Shown: piece by piece, positions 13,913 through 25,216 of the stretch
Numbering within the stretch: position 1 is the first letter of the stretch
Layout of the letters: every line of letters starts with the position of its first letter
Assembly (NCBI RefSeq): GCF_964204645.1
Contig: NC_134036.1
Location: forward strand, 9,775,859-9,839,858
DNA length: 64,000 bases
Reading direction: 5' to 3'
Source: Tubulanus polymorphus
Taxonomy: Eukaryota > Animalia > Nemertea
Notes under the pieces: model-generated
Seen by the model: only the letters and a program-made list of their open reading frames with translations
The model's database searches: none
What the model was told of the DNA's origin: nothing
Position numbers and translations under genes: made by a program

Positions 13913-14799
13913 CGCGGGGTTCGCGTTGGGTGTCAAACAGCCTGATGGTGGTTTTGCAAAAGGTAGGGCATACGAGCGATTTTTTCGGGCGATTTACAAA
14001 TTCACTGCCATCGGGCGAATTTGTAAATCGCCCTATTCTCACTATTCTCTTTTCAACCCGTTTCAATGAAGACTTTTGGATATCCTTCGATAGGGCCTAC
14101 AGTTTAAAATGGATTAAAACCCAATGTTTTGGAGGTCAACATCAGTTTAAGAAAACGAATTGATAGCCGTGGTTTGGGGATGTTTCCCATCCTGGCAGTG
14201 TGGATGATCCTATTAAGTGTGACCTACGAGCTGATATCGTAAAAAGCTTAATTATCAACCGATTTTCAAAATTTTCACCGAGCTGTAGGTTTCGTAAATC
14301 ATTCGCGGTCATTATGGTGCCAAATACGCATGCGTCGGTTGGCTACGTCATCTTAAAACTACCTCTATGGATTGCTTTTAGAATCAAGACGCACCTAACA
14401 GCGCCGCTATCCAGCGATGTCGAATCCCACACACGCCTGACAGTATGATTGACAGCGTTACTGATCGTACCAGTGTGTAGTACACCGATATAGGGCGAGC
14501 TTCCTCCTGTTAGATAATTGCTCGTAGACATACACAGTGTCGCCGTGGCTGTGCATACACTCCCCGCAGGCTTGCTTTACACGTGCACGCGGATCGACGT
14601 ATTTGTTTACAAATAAAGCAGAGCATGCGCAGTGCGAACAAAATGGTTGAAAGTTCTTGTGAAAAAAATCGGTTTGCAGTCAGAATGTGAACGTGGAGAC
14701 CGGTAACCAGTCAAACTAAAGATAAGGACCGACAACCAGTCTACAACCCGGAAGTAAAATCCAACTTTCCAGTTTAAGCCCTGAAGTTAGAATGTTAGA

Positions 14800-17700
14800 A
14801 TGTCCCTTCCAATTGGGTCAAATTTATCGGATTCTGATATTATATCAAAGCTCTACGATTTCGACGATCAGATAATCGTGGGCGATGTCAAGTTCAATTC
14901 AGAGACGCTGTCTGTTACACCTCGAGCTTTCTCTCGAGTATCAACGTTCGAAACAATTGACGTAAATGCAGTTAAGTTGAAGTCGCTGAATTCATTTGTA
15001 TTAGAAAAAGCCCAGTTGGTGAGTTTCATTTTTTTCCGGAGATAATTTGACAGTATTTTTGCCGGGTAAAAGTGCAGATCCGCAACTCTCATGTGTTCTA
15101 GGTCGGGCGACCCGAAGTTTTCGCGTTTTGAATTCGTCGAGAATGCGCACTCTCTCACTCGTCAAACAATGTAGAGTACATTTGTACATGAAGTGATAAT
15201 TCGTGAAATTTCACAAATTCAGGATTTATCCGAATTACGTTATAATCATAAAACACTGAAGAAGCCTTTACTAGGCTAACAAAGAGACTAAATACAACGA
15301 CATTAAAGGACGACCGAAAAACCAACGCTGGTTACGCGTCATATATTACTGATTACATGATTGACACAATCCACTGAATAACAAATCACTAGGCCTACTG
15401 TTCTAGCTTTAGAATGTTTCAATTAATCCAATGCAGTGATTTTATTTCTTGATATCTCCACTAGAAAGTAGAGTTTTGGCCCGGTTTATCGTTATTATCT
15501 TTAAATAGGATGCCATATTTGATGGTTTAATCTAAAGTGAAGATTTGTGAAAAGTATTTGCTGATTGTGAGGTTAATCAGTGCATAAAATGAATCCAATT
15601 TTTGTCAACTGTAGCTGGGGCTTTTAATGCTTGCCAAATTGTCTGATATCATTGTTGAAATTGACAAGAAATTGTTATTTTTCTTCCTCAAATTGAGTTG
15701 GTCATGAAATATTGTTTCAGCAAATATTTTTTTAACAAGTCGTCACAAGTCACTTTAGATGTACCCATCCAATATGGCATCTGCTTAAAAAATCGCGACA
15801 ATCTCGAGACAAAATCCAGGCTAAAAATCTATTTTCTAGTGGAGGTGTCATGAAATAAATCACTGCACTGATTTCCTAATGACATTCTGAATCTGAAACA
15901 GTGATATTTAATGTAATTGATTGAACCATTTACGAGAGGGAAAGAGACACTTTTTGATATTTTGATTATTTGATATTTCAGGCCCCAGTTCAGGATCAAC
16001 TGAGTCAGGTGGGACTGATGCCGACTGCACAACAATGGGCATCCTCCCCAGCAAGGATTTGAACCCGATAACATCACTACAGCCGCAGTAGGCCTATGAA
16101 ACCCTGTCACATAGCCTGAGTACGCAGCGTAGATGATGTCCTAGCCAAAGATATCCCATTTTATTTTAGCCCAGGTTTCTATTTTATAGTCTATCCTTCC
16201 TCGACAGGGATTTTAACTTGATGTCGTCACTACACTCAGCCACGGCACAAACCCCTGGCACACTACAGTATATTCAATTAGAGCCAGGTCCCAGACCCGT
16301 CTGTCGTTTGTAAAGGACCCGCCTGTTTTTTCAAACCAGCTTTCGTTTCAGGGACTGTGACATAAGGGACCCTCCTGTTTTTCAAAGGGGCCTGGCTTGT
16401 TAATTTCTTACTGAAAACACTGCTCTAGACTGGATTCGCAGGTATGAGCGCAGGTTTGTGGCACCTCAGATTTGTGATCAAATTGCTTGTTGTTTAATCA
16501 CTGACTTGTTCTTTTTTCCTGTAAGAACTAGGCCTATAGGCCAAAATGGAAACCCAGGCTAAAATAAAACAGGATTTCTCACGGGTCTTAGCGTCATTAG
16601 GCCTCATTTGTAGATAAAGATTTTTGAGGAAAATATCAACCGGTTTTAACTTCTAATCTTGATTTTTGATATATCACTATCATAAATCTCCTCATTTGGA
16701 ATTGGAGTTAACCGGGTTATTGTTCTTGCCACTAGTGGGAGTTGAATATGTGACAAGTTCTATGAGTGCGGTTCAGTTGGTGAGTTTAAAAGGTCATGTT
16801 TATGTAATATGTCCACCAAGGGACATTGAATATTGAAATTTTCTGTTTTTTAGCATTTCAACAAGATTAGCCTATATAGACAAAATTTCATGGTACATGT
16901 GGCAATGAGATTACAATACAGTAGGCATTATACGTTCTACTCTTGTTACACTGTTCCGATGTTAGACACTGTTGAATGGAGTATGGAAGTGTCTTCTGTT
17001 GACAATAATTGATGGGATTTGTTGACGATAATTGTACGAAATTTTTGTATCATTGCAGTTAGAAAAAAAAGGTAATATTGCCTTATCGAAAGCTTTTGAT
17101 GATCTTCGAAGATTTTGGCGGGATCAGGATAATGCAAGGTGCTTCACTGATGGACTGAAGTCTGTTAAGTGTGAAAACGACCTACAGATACTGTTAAGTA
17201 TTCACTTGTTCGGAAAGTTGAAATCATGCGCTTTAATAGCTGAAAGACACACAGGATTGGTGTGTTGCTGTGGATGTGGATCAAGTCCATCTCTTGGAAA
17301 AACCTGTATTGGTGAGTTGATTCATCATCACTAAATGCCAGGGGCGGATTCAGGAGTGTACGAGGGATGCATGCCCCCTTTTTTGGCCAAATGACCTTGG
17401 AATTTTCTCCCCAAGACTTGTTTAAATAGAGACTTGTTGCATATTTCATTCCTAATTTCAAACAGCTTTTCAAAATGCTCAGAATGCACCTAGACGCATC
17501 AAATTTTTGGCCTACTTGGGACTTTACAAAACTGGTCTGATAAGAATCAAGATGGTGACTTGCAGCCATTTTTGTAGCAGCCATTATCCTCCCATGGTGC
17601 ATCAGCATGAGAAAAATTGAGTCGATCGGACACAAGATGTCCGTCATGTGACCTTTAATTTTGTGCCCAAAAAGGTAATTTTTTCCCTGAATTTTGAGAC

Positions 17701-19369
17701 CTGTAGCTTCTGAATGGTTGGCCCTTTTCATTGAAACGCGTGATGGTTATACTTTAAGAAGGACTCTGACAGATTTTTTGATCAGTCAAGTGTGGCAGTC
17801 ATCTTAGTGTCATCACTCCTCATTTGTAAATAGAAGTAGTTTTTTTTAGGAAAATACAATAGAACTGGAGTAAGTCGGTAAATGTCCGAATTACAAAAAT
17901 TCCGATTTTGAGTAAGTCAGATTTTGGGGGTTTTCTAAGAAAAATCCGAGTTAGCTACAGATTAAGACCCTAACCCTTACAACTGAGTGACACAGGGTCA
18001 ATACGCTATTCTATAGCCAACTACTATTGTAAACATATGTGTCCGTCAAGAGAAAAATCGATCTACCGGTGTATATTACGATACGTGCCGGTGACGATCT
18101 TTTTAAAAAGAACTGAAATTAGCCGACAGACTTAGAGATTGAAAAATGCATTGCTTTGAAACTTTCAGGACATATATTCTAGCCGACTTAGTCGAATTTC
18201 CGACTTCTAGAATCCGACTTTGAGACAGATATTATCGCTCCCCGAACTCGCTTCCACCTGGCCTCACGACGCCTGATTTCATTACTGGCAAAGTGGTCGC
18301 TGATTGGAGGTCCATTTAACGGGAATTCCAACAGAAGTCTAATGTTGTTTGTTACAAGCGCTGTGATTGGCCCGACCTGATTCTGGTCGGCAAGAAACGA
18401 CTCCAATGACTCATGAGGTCAAGGGGGTTCGGGGAACAGCTTTAGCGTAGTGGGTTCGAATAACTTAGTATTTTCATATTATTGGTACCCAGGAATGAAA
18501 ACGGACCAAATTGAATTGCAAAATTGTAGCTTATGATATGTTCTATGATCGTGGTGAGTTTCAAGGTCATTGGTTGTGCACCCCTTTTCCCAAAAGAGCT
18601 GTAGTAGCTGCCCCTGTAGTAATAAATTTTAATCCTCAAGTTCTGATGATATTTTGCATTTAAAAGACTGCAGCAATTGATGCATCAAAAACGTTTGTAA
18701 AATTATCTATAAATACTTTCTTTTATTAAAATTCTATAAATATATCTTATATTGCTTTACATTTTAGGTTCTCCTGATACCTGGCGTGGTGAACTAGACA
18801 TTCTGATTAAAGATGACTTAAGTGAAATATCTGTTCTATGTGAAACAAAGCCATTCAGTGATTCACCAGAAAATAACAAAACTAACGTTGAGGTAAAACT
18901 GGCTTGTAATTTCAGCACAGCCTGCAATGAACAAGCCTCTGCACAAGCTATAACCTTTGGATTTTTAGAGAAAAATCGGCATTTTGAGCATTTGAGCTTC
19001 CCTTTTTTAAGAACTTTCCTCGTAACTGAAGATAAACTCAAACTCATTATGTATGACAGTCAGTCCGATATACTTTAATCTACTGAACAGCTGTACATAA
19101 TGCCAGTTCCCAATGGTTTGGAGGAAACTGCAGTAATAGTATGGCTCTTATTAAATTTGCACTTGCTTGCTGTACCTTTAAGCTCTAATATATTGTCAGG
19201 GTTTTCACCTTGTGGTTTTCATAGTGCAGCTAATCGAAGTGGACGAATTGGTTTTTTTGAATCAATAAAAAATTATAGCTCTGATTTCAGAGCTGTCTGT
19301 GGATTTAAATTCCCTGTTGAATGTATTGGAAAGAAACGTTCGCTATTACAGAAAAATCCGTCCAAATGA
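14800..19369 (+). pseudogene. Spliced gene/pseudogene for an uncharacterised PD-(D/E)xK nuclease-fold protein
   Basis: An exon ending 17311 (..CCCGCGSSPSLGKTCIG|GT) splices in phase to an exon starting 18768 (AG|GSPDTWRGELDILI..NVEVKL..QASAQAITFGFL..MYDSQSDIL). An in-frame TAA at 19076-19078 is followed by an in-frame continuation to 19369. The 5' ORF 14800-15045 is only tentatively linked. Confidence 0.55.
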
Positions 19370-19823
19370 TCTGTGCAACCTATTGATGCACATATACTCA
19401 GTCTCACAAAATTTTACATAAGACCTAAATTATCTATCTTATACTACTAAATACATGTAAATCAATTCCTGATATTGTGTATTAACTTCCATTTTATTTT
19501 GCACATTTATATTTCCCTTGTATTGATGGTTGACGTTTATTTATTCTTACTTCTCACAATTCTTTTAACTCCAGGCCTAGTATCTGAAAATTATGTATCA
19601 AAATCATGTAGGCAATTGAAAAGGTAACTCATAAAATTCTGCACTGCTAAAATGAAGATGGGTGCACCAGTAATTTTCAGCTATAAAGCAAGTCCAAGGC
19701 AATACTTTATTTTGAGAGGACATTTCATCAGTGACCAACAAAATTTATGCTTGTTTGGGCAACACAAAGATAAGAAAAAAGTAGGAGTCTAGGGCGAATT
19801 AAGGGATAGTGTTGGGGGTCTGG

Positions 19824-20265
19824 AGTAATAGGGATAATGGGCTTTCAGGCCAAAGGTCGAACGGTCGAGCTCGTAAAAAATGAAAAAACATAAAAATAAT
19901 AACAATTTCTACTTGAAGTACTCGCAAAACTCATAAAAATGAAAAATAAATTCTCACACGCTCGAATTTATTTTTCATTTTCATGAGTTTCACTCCTAAT
20001 TCAAGTAGAAATTGTTATTATTTTTATGTTTTTTCATTTTTTCTCACCCGCCCGTTCAACCTTTAGCCAGAAAGCCCATTATCCCTATTACTCTTAAATG
20101 TTATTCATATATATATGAATAATATTTAAATCATTGAACTTCTAAAATCAATTTTAATAAAAAATATAGTATTAAAATGGAAGCAAATAAATACTACTGC
20201 CCAACATGTAATATCGATATAGACAAGTCTCAAAAAGCAAGACACAATAAAACTATAACACATTT
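19824..20265 (+). repeat. Left TIR (442 bp); the first 269 bp form an imperfect palindrome
   Basis: Reverse complement of 36922-37363 with 4 mismatches by manual comparison. 19824-19846 is the exact reverse complement of 20070-20092. Confidence 0.97.
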
Positions 20266-20350
20266 GTTTTTAGTCCAGTTGGTTAAAGCAAAAACATTTA
20301 TCGAATTAAGGAACTCAACACATAGTGAAAAATACGTTGAATCGTTATAA
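20177..20350 (+). CDS. 57-aa chimeric ORF: pPolB N-terminal C2H2 zinc finger (TIR copy) fused to an HNH-paralogue C-terminal tail
   Basis: Manual translation: MEANKYYCPTCNIDIDKSQKARHNKTITHL-FLVQLVKAKTFIELRNSTHSEKYVESL*. It is below the ORF-track length cutoff. Expression unknown. Confidence 0.5.
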   Translation: MEANKYYCPTCNIDIDKSQKARHNKTITHLFLVQLVKAKTFIELRNSTHSEKYVESL

Positions 20351-21494
20351 ACACCTGATAATACTCAGCTATATAGTTGGTTGTATTAACTCTAGTAAAC
20401 ATATGTTACTAGCTTATATTTCAATTGTAAAGAGTTAATTAATTTCATTAATCTAAATGCTTTTATTATTGTTTTTTTCAACTTCAACACGTTGTGTATA
20501 CAGCGAACGTAGCGAATCACAAATCTCATAATTTACAAGTCTCAACACGTTTGTTCTAGATGTTTATACTAGAACATGATTCTATTTGAGCCTATATACA
20601 TTCAATGTACAGAGCCATAGAATAAATCTATAAATTCACAGCTGTTACAGTTGTTACTATAACGACGAGACATTATTACACGTCATAATTAGAAACGTGT
20701 AGAATATTCTAGAACCGGAACTAGATGGCGTGGTATAATCAACGACGTGTCATTCTAGAAATCACCCCGGAAATGGATATACGCTGTAATATTGTGCTCA
20801 GGATATTCTATCTTTCGAAACGAAATTAGGAGTTTATAGTTTACAATTATAAATCTAAATGTAAGTACTGTTTGTTGTAGTTATTAGAGCTATTAAATAT
20901 GAAACCTTTAGATATATTTAAGCGTATTTAGTATATCTTTTAGATTGCTAGAGTTACCGCTAATATCTTTTAGATTAATAAAACGTCATACACATCAAGA
21001 AGCGATAGAGAAACTCAAGATACTCTTTCTGACTGAGGAATCAACAGCAATGGATATCAAACCAATAGAAATTAACACAAGAAACATAAGAATCGCCCAA
21101 AAGATCATCGAAGAAACTATATAAGAATTTCAAAAACATTAAGACTCCAATGATTAAGTTTAACATTTGTTGATGTAGTTAAATATTTACCAGCAATTGA
21201 AAAAATGTTTGTAATTATAAATTGTATTTATAGAAATCAAATGATGTATTGGAAGAAACGACCGAACATCTTGTATAATGTATTGTGTAAATCTGATTTG
21301 TGAATTTTTATGTTCAGTCGTTTCTATTATGTTTAACGCATGTGCATTAAGCAAAACCGGCCATAAATGGCCGGCCGATTGTATTATTTAGATATCAAGG
21401 AATCGAAACTGACTTATCAAAAACAGCGAGGAATGAAAAAGGATGACGTTAGTCGGAGAAATGGAAGAGGATTCTAAAATTATTAACCAATTTA

Positions 21495-21518
21495 GTAAAA
21501 AAATACGTATAATAAATG
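21495..21518 (+). promoter_or_regulatory. A-tract + TAAATG initiator (poxvirus intermediate-like), example of class A
   Basis: GTAAAAAAATACGTATAATAAATG. A similar motif lies before the genes starting at 26173, 32590, 32949 and (as TAAAATG) 37010. Function is inferred. Confidence 0.55.
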
Positions 21519-22184
21519 GAACCAGAACAACCACAAACTATCAATATTACAAATAACACTGGCGTTATAAACATATATTACAAGAAGTGTTCTAAATGTG
21601 AATTAGATAAATTAGCTATAACAGAATTTAGTAAGCGTAAGATTAGCAAAGATGGTTTTCAAAATTGTTGTAAAACTTGTACTAAACTATACACCAAACA
21701 ATATCGAGAAGATAATAAAAAACATTATAATTATTATATGACAAAATATATGAGAGAAAGATATCAAACAGATCTTAATTTTAGATTGAAACAATGCTTT
21801 AGGACTAGAATAACACAATTATTCAAAAAAGAAACACATTCTGAAACACTATCTGATCTATTGGGTTGTTCAGATGAATTTCTCAAATCATGGATAATAT
21901 ATCAATTCGACGATAAAATGAATATAGATAATTATGGTGAATACTTTCATATTGATCACGTGTTACCAATATCTAAATTTAACATGAATGATGAATACAA
22001 TAAAAAACTTATTTGGGGTTGGAAAAATTTAAGGCCTTTAGAAAAGAAAGAAAATCAAACCAAATCTAATAAACTAGATTTACAGTTATATTTGGAACAG
22101 TTAACAAAAGCAAAGAAATTTATTGAATTATGGAACAATAATCCAAATAATGAACAATATGTTGAGTCTTTAATGAGTGGTTAA
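21516..22184 (+). CDS. HNH endonuclease with N-terminal CxxC...CxxC zinc ribbon (NCLDV/phage type)
   Basis: KCSKC..SKDGFQNCCKTC; HIDHVLPISKF...WKNLRPLEKKENQTKSNK (H-N-N). Confidence 0.85.
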   Translation: MEPEQPQTINITNNTGVINIYYKKCSKCELDKLAITEFSKRKISKDGFQNCCKTCTKLYTKQYREDNKKHYNYYMTKYMRERYQTDLNFRLKQCFRTRITQLFKKETHSETLSDLLGCSDEFLKSWIIYQFDDKMNIDNYGEYFHIDHVLPISKFNMNDEYNKKLIWGWKNLRPLEKKENQTKSNKLDLQLYLEQLTKAKKFIELWNNNPNNEQYVESLMSG

Positions 22185-22409
22185 AGAATAATATATCTCA
22201 AATAAAATATAATAAAAATTACATACCTTCAACTAGCCATTATTTCTATTTTAATTTTTAATATTTTCTTTTCAAAAAAGAATACTTTATATCACAAATA
22301 AAAAATACTAAAAAAACAATAACTAATACTAGAATTCTTTAGCTTTAACTAGCTAGTATCATTTGAAGAATACTTATAATATTTTTTTTGCTTTTTTTCT
22401 CTAATATAA

Positions 22410-23012
22410 ATGTCAAAGAAATCTAATAAGAATAGTATTGATATTGAAAAGACATTAGATGATTTGGGTATAAGTGATAATAAAGATACAGTTGCAACTA
22501 ATTGTGCTCAAGTTAATAACAATATAGATTATGAATACTATTTATATTGTAAGCATCATCTTGAATTATTAATTGCTGGCGGGAAATCTAAGGACTTCTT
22601 AGGAAAAATAATAACTTTTCAAGAACTAGACTCTATGAAACCCGATAAAGTAATTAAATATTTTAAGATTTATGAAGAGTCAAGATTAGCTAGAATAAAC
22701 GACTCTATAAGTGATGGTATTATCAAATGTTATTCTAAGTTATGTAACCGGCTAATACCAATTGATGATGAAAATAAATTATATAATGATTTGAAAAATG
22801 ACTATTTAGTTATGACTGAATTACAAAAATGGGTTGGTTATGCTTCATTTCAATTAGGATCGGTTATGACATTGATTTCTACTGGAGTTATAACATTTTC
22901 GAACATCAAACCTATGGAATATAAATCAGGTAAGAACGAAACAGATGTACTACAACCAAACGTCGAAACAGAAGATGAATCAGAACAAAAATTAACTAAA
23001 ATAAATGAGTGA
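22410..23012 (+). CDS. Hypothetical viral protein, 200 aa, hydrophobic segment near the C-terminus
   Basis: Intact ORF with TAAATG start; hydrophobic segment ASFQLGSVMTLISTGVITF. Confidence 0.75.
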   Translation: MSKKSNKNSIDIEKTLDDLGISDNKDTVATNCAQVNNNIDYEYYLYCKHHLELLIAGGKSKDFLGKIITFQELDSMKPDKVIKYFKIYEESRLARINDSISDGIIKCYSKLCNRLIPIDDENKLYNDLKNDYLVMTELQKWVGYASFQLGSVMTLISTGVITFSNIKPMEYKSGKNETDVLQPNVETEDESEQKLTKINE

Positions 23013-23361
23013 TGGAGTTAAGAAAAAGGCTAGATCCGAGAAACAAATTAAATGGGCAAGAGAATTAGGTAAAAGATCATCAGAATTAAAAAAAGCTAAG
23101 AAAAAGAAATTAACTGATATAAATGAATCTGATATTGATTCAAATAATAATCCATCTAATTCTTCTAATGCTGGAAGTAATTATAAATTATATATTACAA
23201 TTGGGTTAATCACAGTTATTATATTATCCGGTGTAATATATAAATCAAAATTCAAATCTGACGATAATGATGAACGTAAACTTCGTTACCCATGTACAGA
23301 CAATAAACCACCAGAAAATAAATCAAATGAAAATAAATCTAAAATATTATTAATGGATTAA
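23005..23361 (+). CDS. Hypothetical viral single-pass membrane protein with basic N-terminus, 118 aa
   Basis: KKKARSEKQ..KKAKKKK followed by TM-like LYITIGLITVIILSGVIY; TAAATG start. Confidence 0.75.
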   Translation: MSDGVKKKARSEKQIKWARELGKRSSELKKAKKKKLTDINESDIDSNNNPSNSSNAGSNYKLYITIGLITVIILSGVIYKSKFKSDDNDERKLRYPCTDNKPPENKSNENKSKILLMD

Positions 23362-23364
23362 AAT

Positions 23365-24453
23365 ATGATGAAAAAAGAACAATATTTAAGAGATTTATAT
23401 TATAACCCAGAAAGTGAAGTATCATATTCTAACGTTTCAGAATTATGGAATAAAATTAAATCCGATAATAGTGATATAAAATATAGTGAATTAAAATCAT
23501 GGTTACAAAATCAACCCACATATCAAATTCATAAAAAGATGGATAAAAAATATTTAACAAGAAAAGTTATGGTTTCATATATTGACCAACAATGGCAAGC
23601 TGATTTAATTGACATGAAAAACTTAGAAGAATATAACAAAGGATATTTTTGGATACTAAATGTTATAGACATATTCAGTAGATACGCATGGAGTATCCCG
23701 ATTAAAAATAAAACTGGTATAGAAGTTACAAATTCTTTCAAATTAATATTTAAAGAAGCTATCCCAGATAAAATACAATTTGATGAAGGTAAAGAATTTT
23801 ATAACAAACATTTTAAAAAACTATTAACTGATAACGATGTAGAATATTTTTCAACACATTCAGATAAAAAAGCATCTGTTATAGAAAGATTTAATAAAAC
23901 ATTGAAAACTAGAATGTGGAAATATTTCACCGCTAATGAAACATATAAATATATCGATGTGTTAGATGATTTAGTGAAAGGTTATAATAATTCTAAACAT
24001 AGTTCTATAAATATGAAACCTATACAAGCTAGAAAAGAAGAAAATTCAGAAATAGTTTGGAATAATTTATATGGAGCATTTGTTACACATGATTTTGGAG
24101 AACCTAAATTTAAAATAGGACAACACGTTAGAATTTCTAAATATCGAAAAACATTTTATAAAGGTTATACCCCTAATTTTACTGAAGAAATATTTAAAAT
24201 TAAAAAGATAATATTAACTAAACCATTTGTTTATAAATTGTTTGATTTAAAAGATGAAGAAATATTAGGTTATTTTTATGAACAAGAATTATCATTAGTA
24301 CCAAATCCAGATGAAATAGAATACAAAATAGAAAAGGTATTGAAAACAAAAACTCTTAAAGGAAAAAAGTATTCTTTGGTGAAATATAAAGGATATGATG
24401 ATAAATTTAATGAATGGATTTTATCTAGTAAAATTAAAAGAATAAATGAATAA
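23365..24453 (+). CDS. Retroviral-like (rve) DDE integrase with C-terminal chromodomain
   Basis: WQADLID, VIDIFSRYAW, QFDEGKEF and IERFNKTLK give the D-D-E triad. Chromo-like YKIEKVLKTK..LVKYKGYDDKFNEWI. ORF intact. Confidence 0.96.
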   Translation: MMKKEQYLRDLYYNPESEVSYSNVSELWNKIKSDNSDIKYSELKSWLQNQPTYQIHKKMDKKYLTRKVMVSYIDQQWQADLIDMKNLEEYNKGYFWILNVIDIFSRYAWSIPIKNKTGIEVTNSFKLIFKEAIPDKIQFDEGKEFYNKHFKKLLTDNDVEYFSTHSDKKASVIERFNKTLKTRMWKYFTANETYKYIDVLDDLVKGYNNSKHSSINMKPIQARKEENSEIVWNNLYGAFVTHDFGEPKFKIGQHVRISKYRKTFYKGYTPNFTEEIFKIKKIILTKPFVYKLFDLKDEEILGYFYEQELSLVPNPDEIEYKIEKVLKTKTLKGKKYSLVKYKGYDDKFNEWILSSKIKRINE

Positions 24454-25057
24454 AGATTTATTTATATTTGAACCACATAATATGTTAGTTACTGGAGTTA
24501 CAAATTGTGGTAAAACACATTTCATATTAGATTTGTTAGAAACTATTTATAAGAATCATTTTGTAAATATAATATTATTCTGTCCTACATATGAAATGAA
24601 TAAAACATATAATAGAGATATAGTTAAGATAAAAAAGTTTATTATATTAGACCCTAAAATAGTAAAAGAAAATTTAGATAATTGTATAAAAATTGTATTA
24701 GATATTTATAAAGGATCAAATACATTATTTATTATTGATGATTGCGCAAATTTACATGATTCTAAAATTAGAGAAAGTGAGTTATGTTATTTAGCTTTCT
24801 CTGGTAGACATTTTGGGATAACAACATGGGTTTTAAATCAGAAATATAATTCAATTGTGAAAGATTTTAGAGAGAATATAAGATTTCTAGTTTTATTCTA
24901 CAACAAAGATAGAAAATTTATGCAACAATCATTGGAAGAAAATCAAATTATATCTACTGAATTACATGATGAATATATGAATAAATTAAAGAATAATAAA
25001 GGTTCAAAATTATTACTGAGATTACAATTTCCATATGAATATAAATTTATAAAATAA
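24446..25057 (+). CDS. A32/FtsK-HerA-like DNA packaging ATPase
   Basis: Walker A GVTNCGKT, Walker B LFIIDD, arginine-finger region SGRHFGITTWVLNQ. Confidence 0.93.
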   Translation: MNKDLFIFEPHNMLVTGVTNCGKTHFILDLLETIYKNHFVNIILFCPTYEMNKTYNRDIVKIKKFIILDPKIVKENLDNCIKIVLDIYKGSNTLFIIDDCANLHDSKIRESELCYLAFSGRHFGITTWVLNQKYNSIVKDFRENIRFLVLFYNKDRKFMQQSLEENQIISTELHDEYMNKLKNNKGSKLLLRLQFPYEYKFIK

Positions 25058-25079
25058 CTATTTGTATACCTATGTATTA

Positions 25080-25158
25080 GATACCCTAATACCTGATACC
25101 CCTAATACCTGATACCCTAATACCTGATACCCTAATACCTGATACCCTATTAGATACC
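25080..25158. repeat. 15-bp minisatellite (GATACCCTAATACCT) x ~5 between the convergent gene blocks
   Basis: Directly visible between the ATPase stop (25057) and the stop of the first minus-strand ORF (25217). Confidence 0.9.
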
Positions 25159-25216
25159 TTAAATAATTTAAACCCCTTTTTTATTTTCTATTATTTTATA
25201 CAATTTTCAACCTTTA

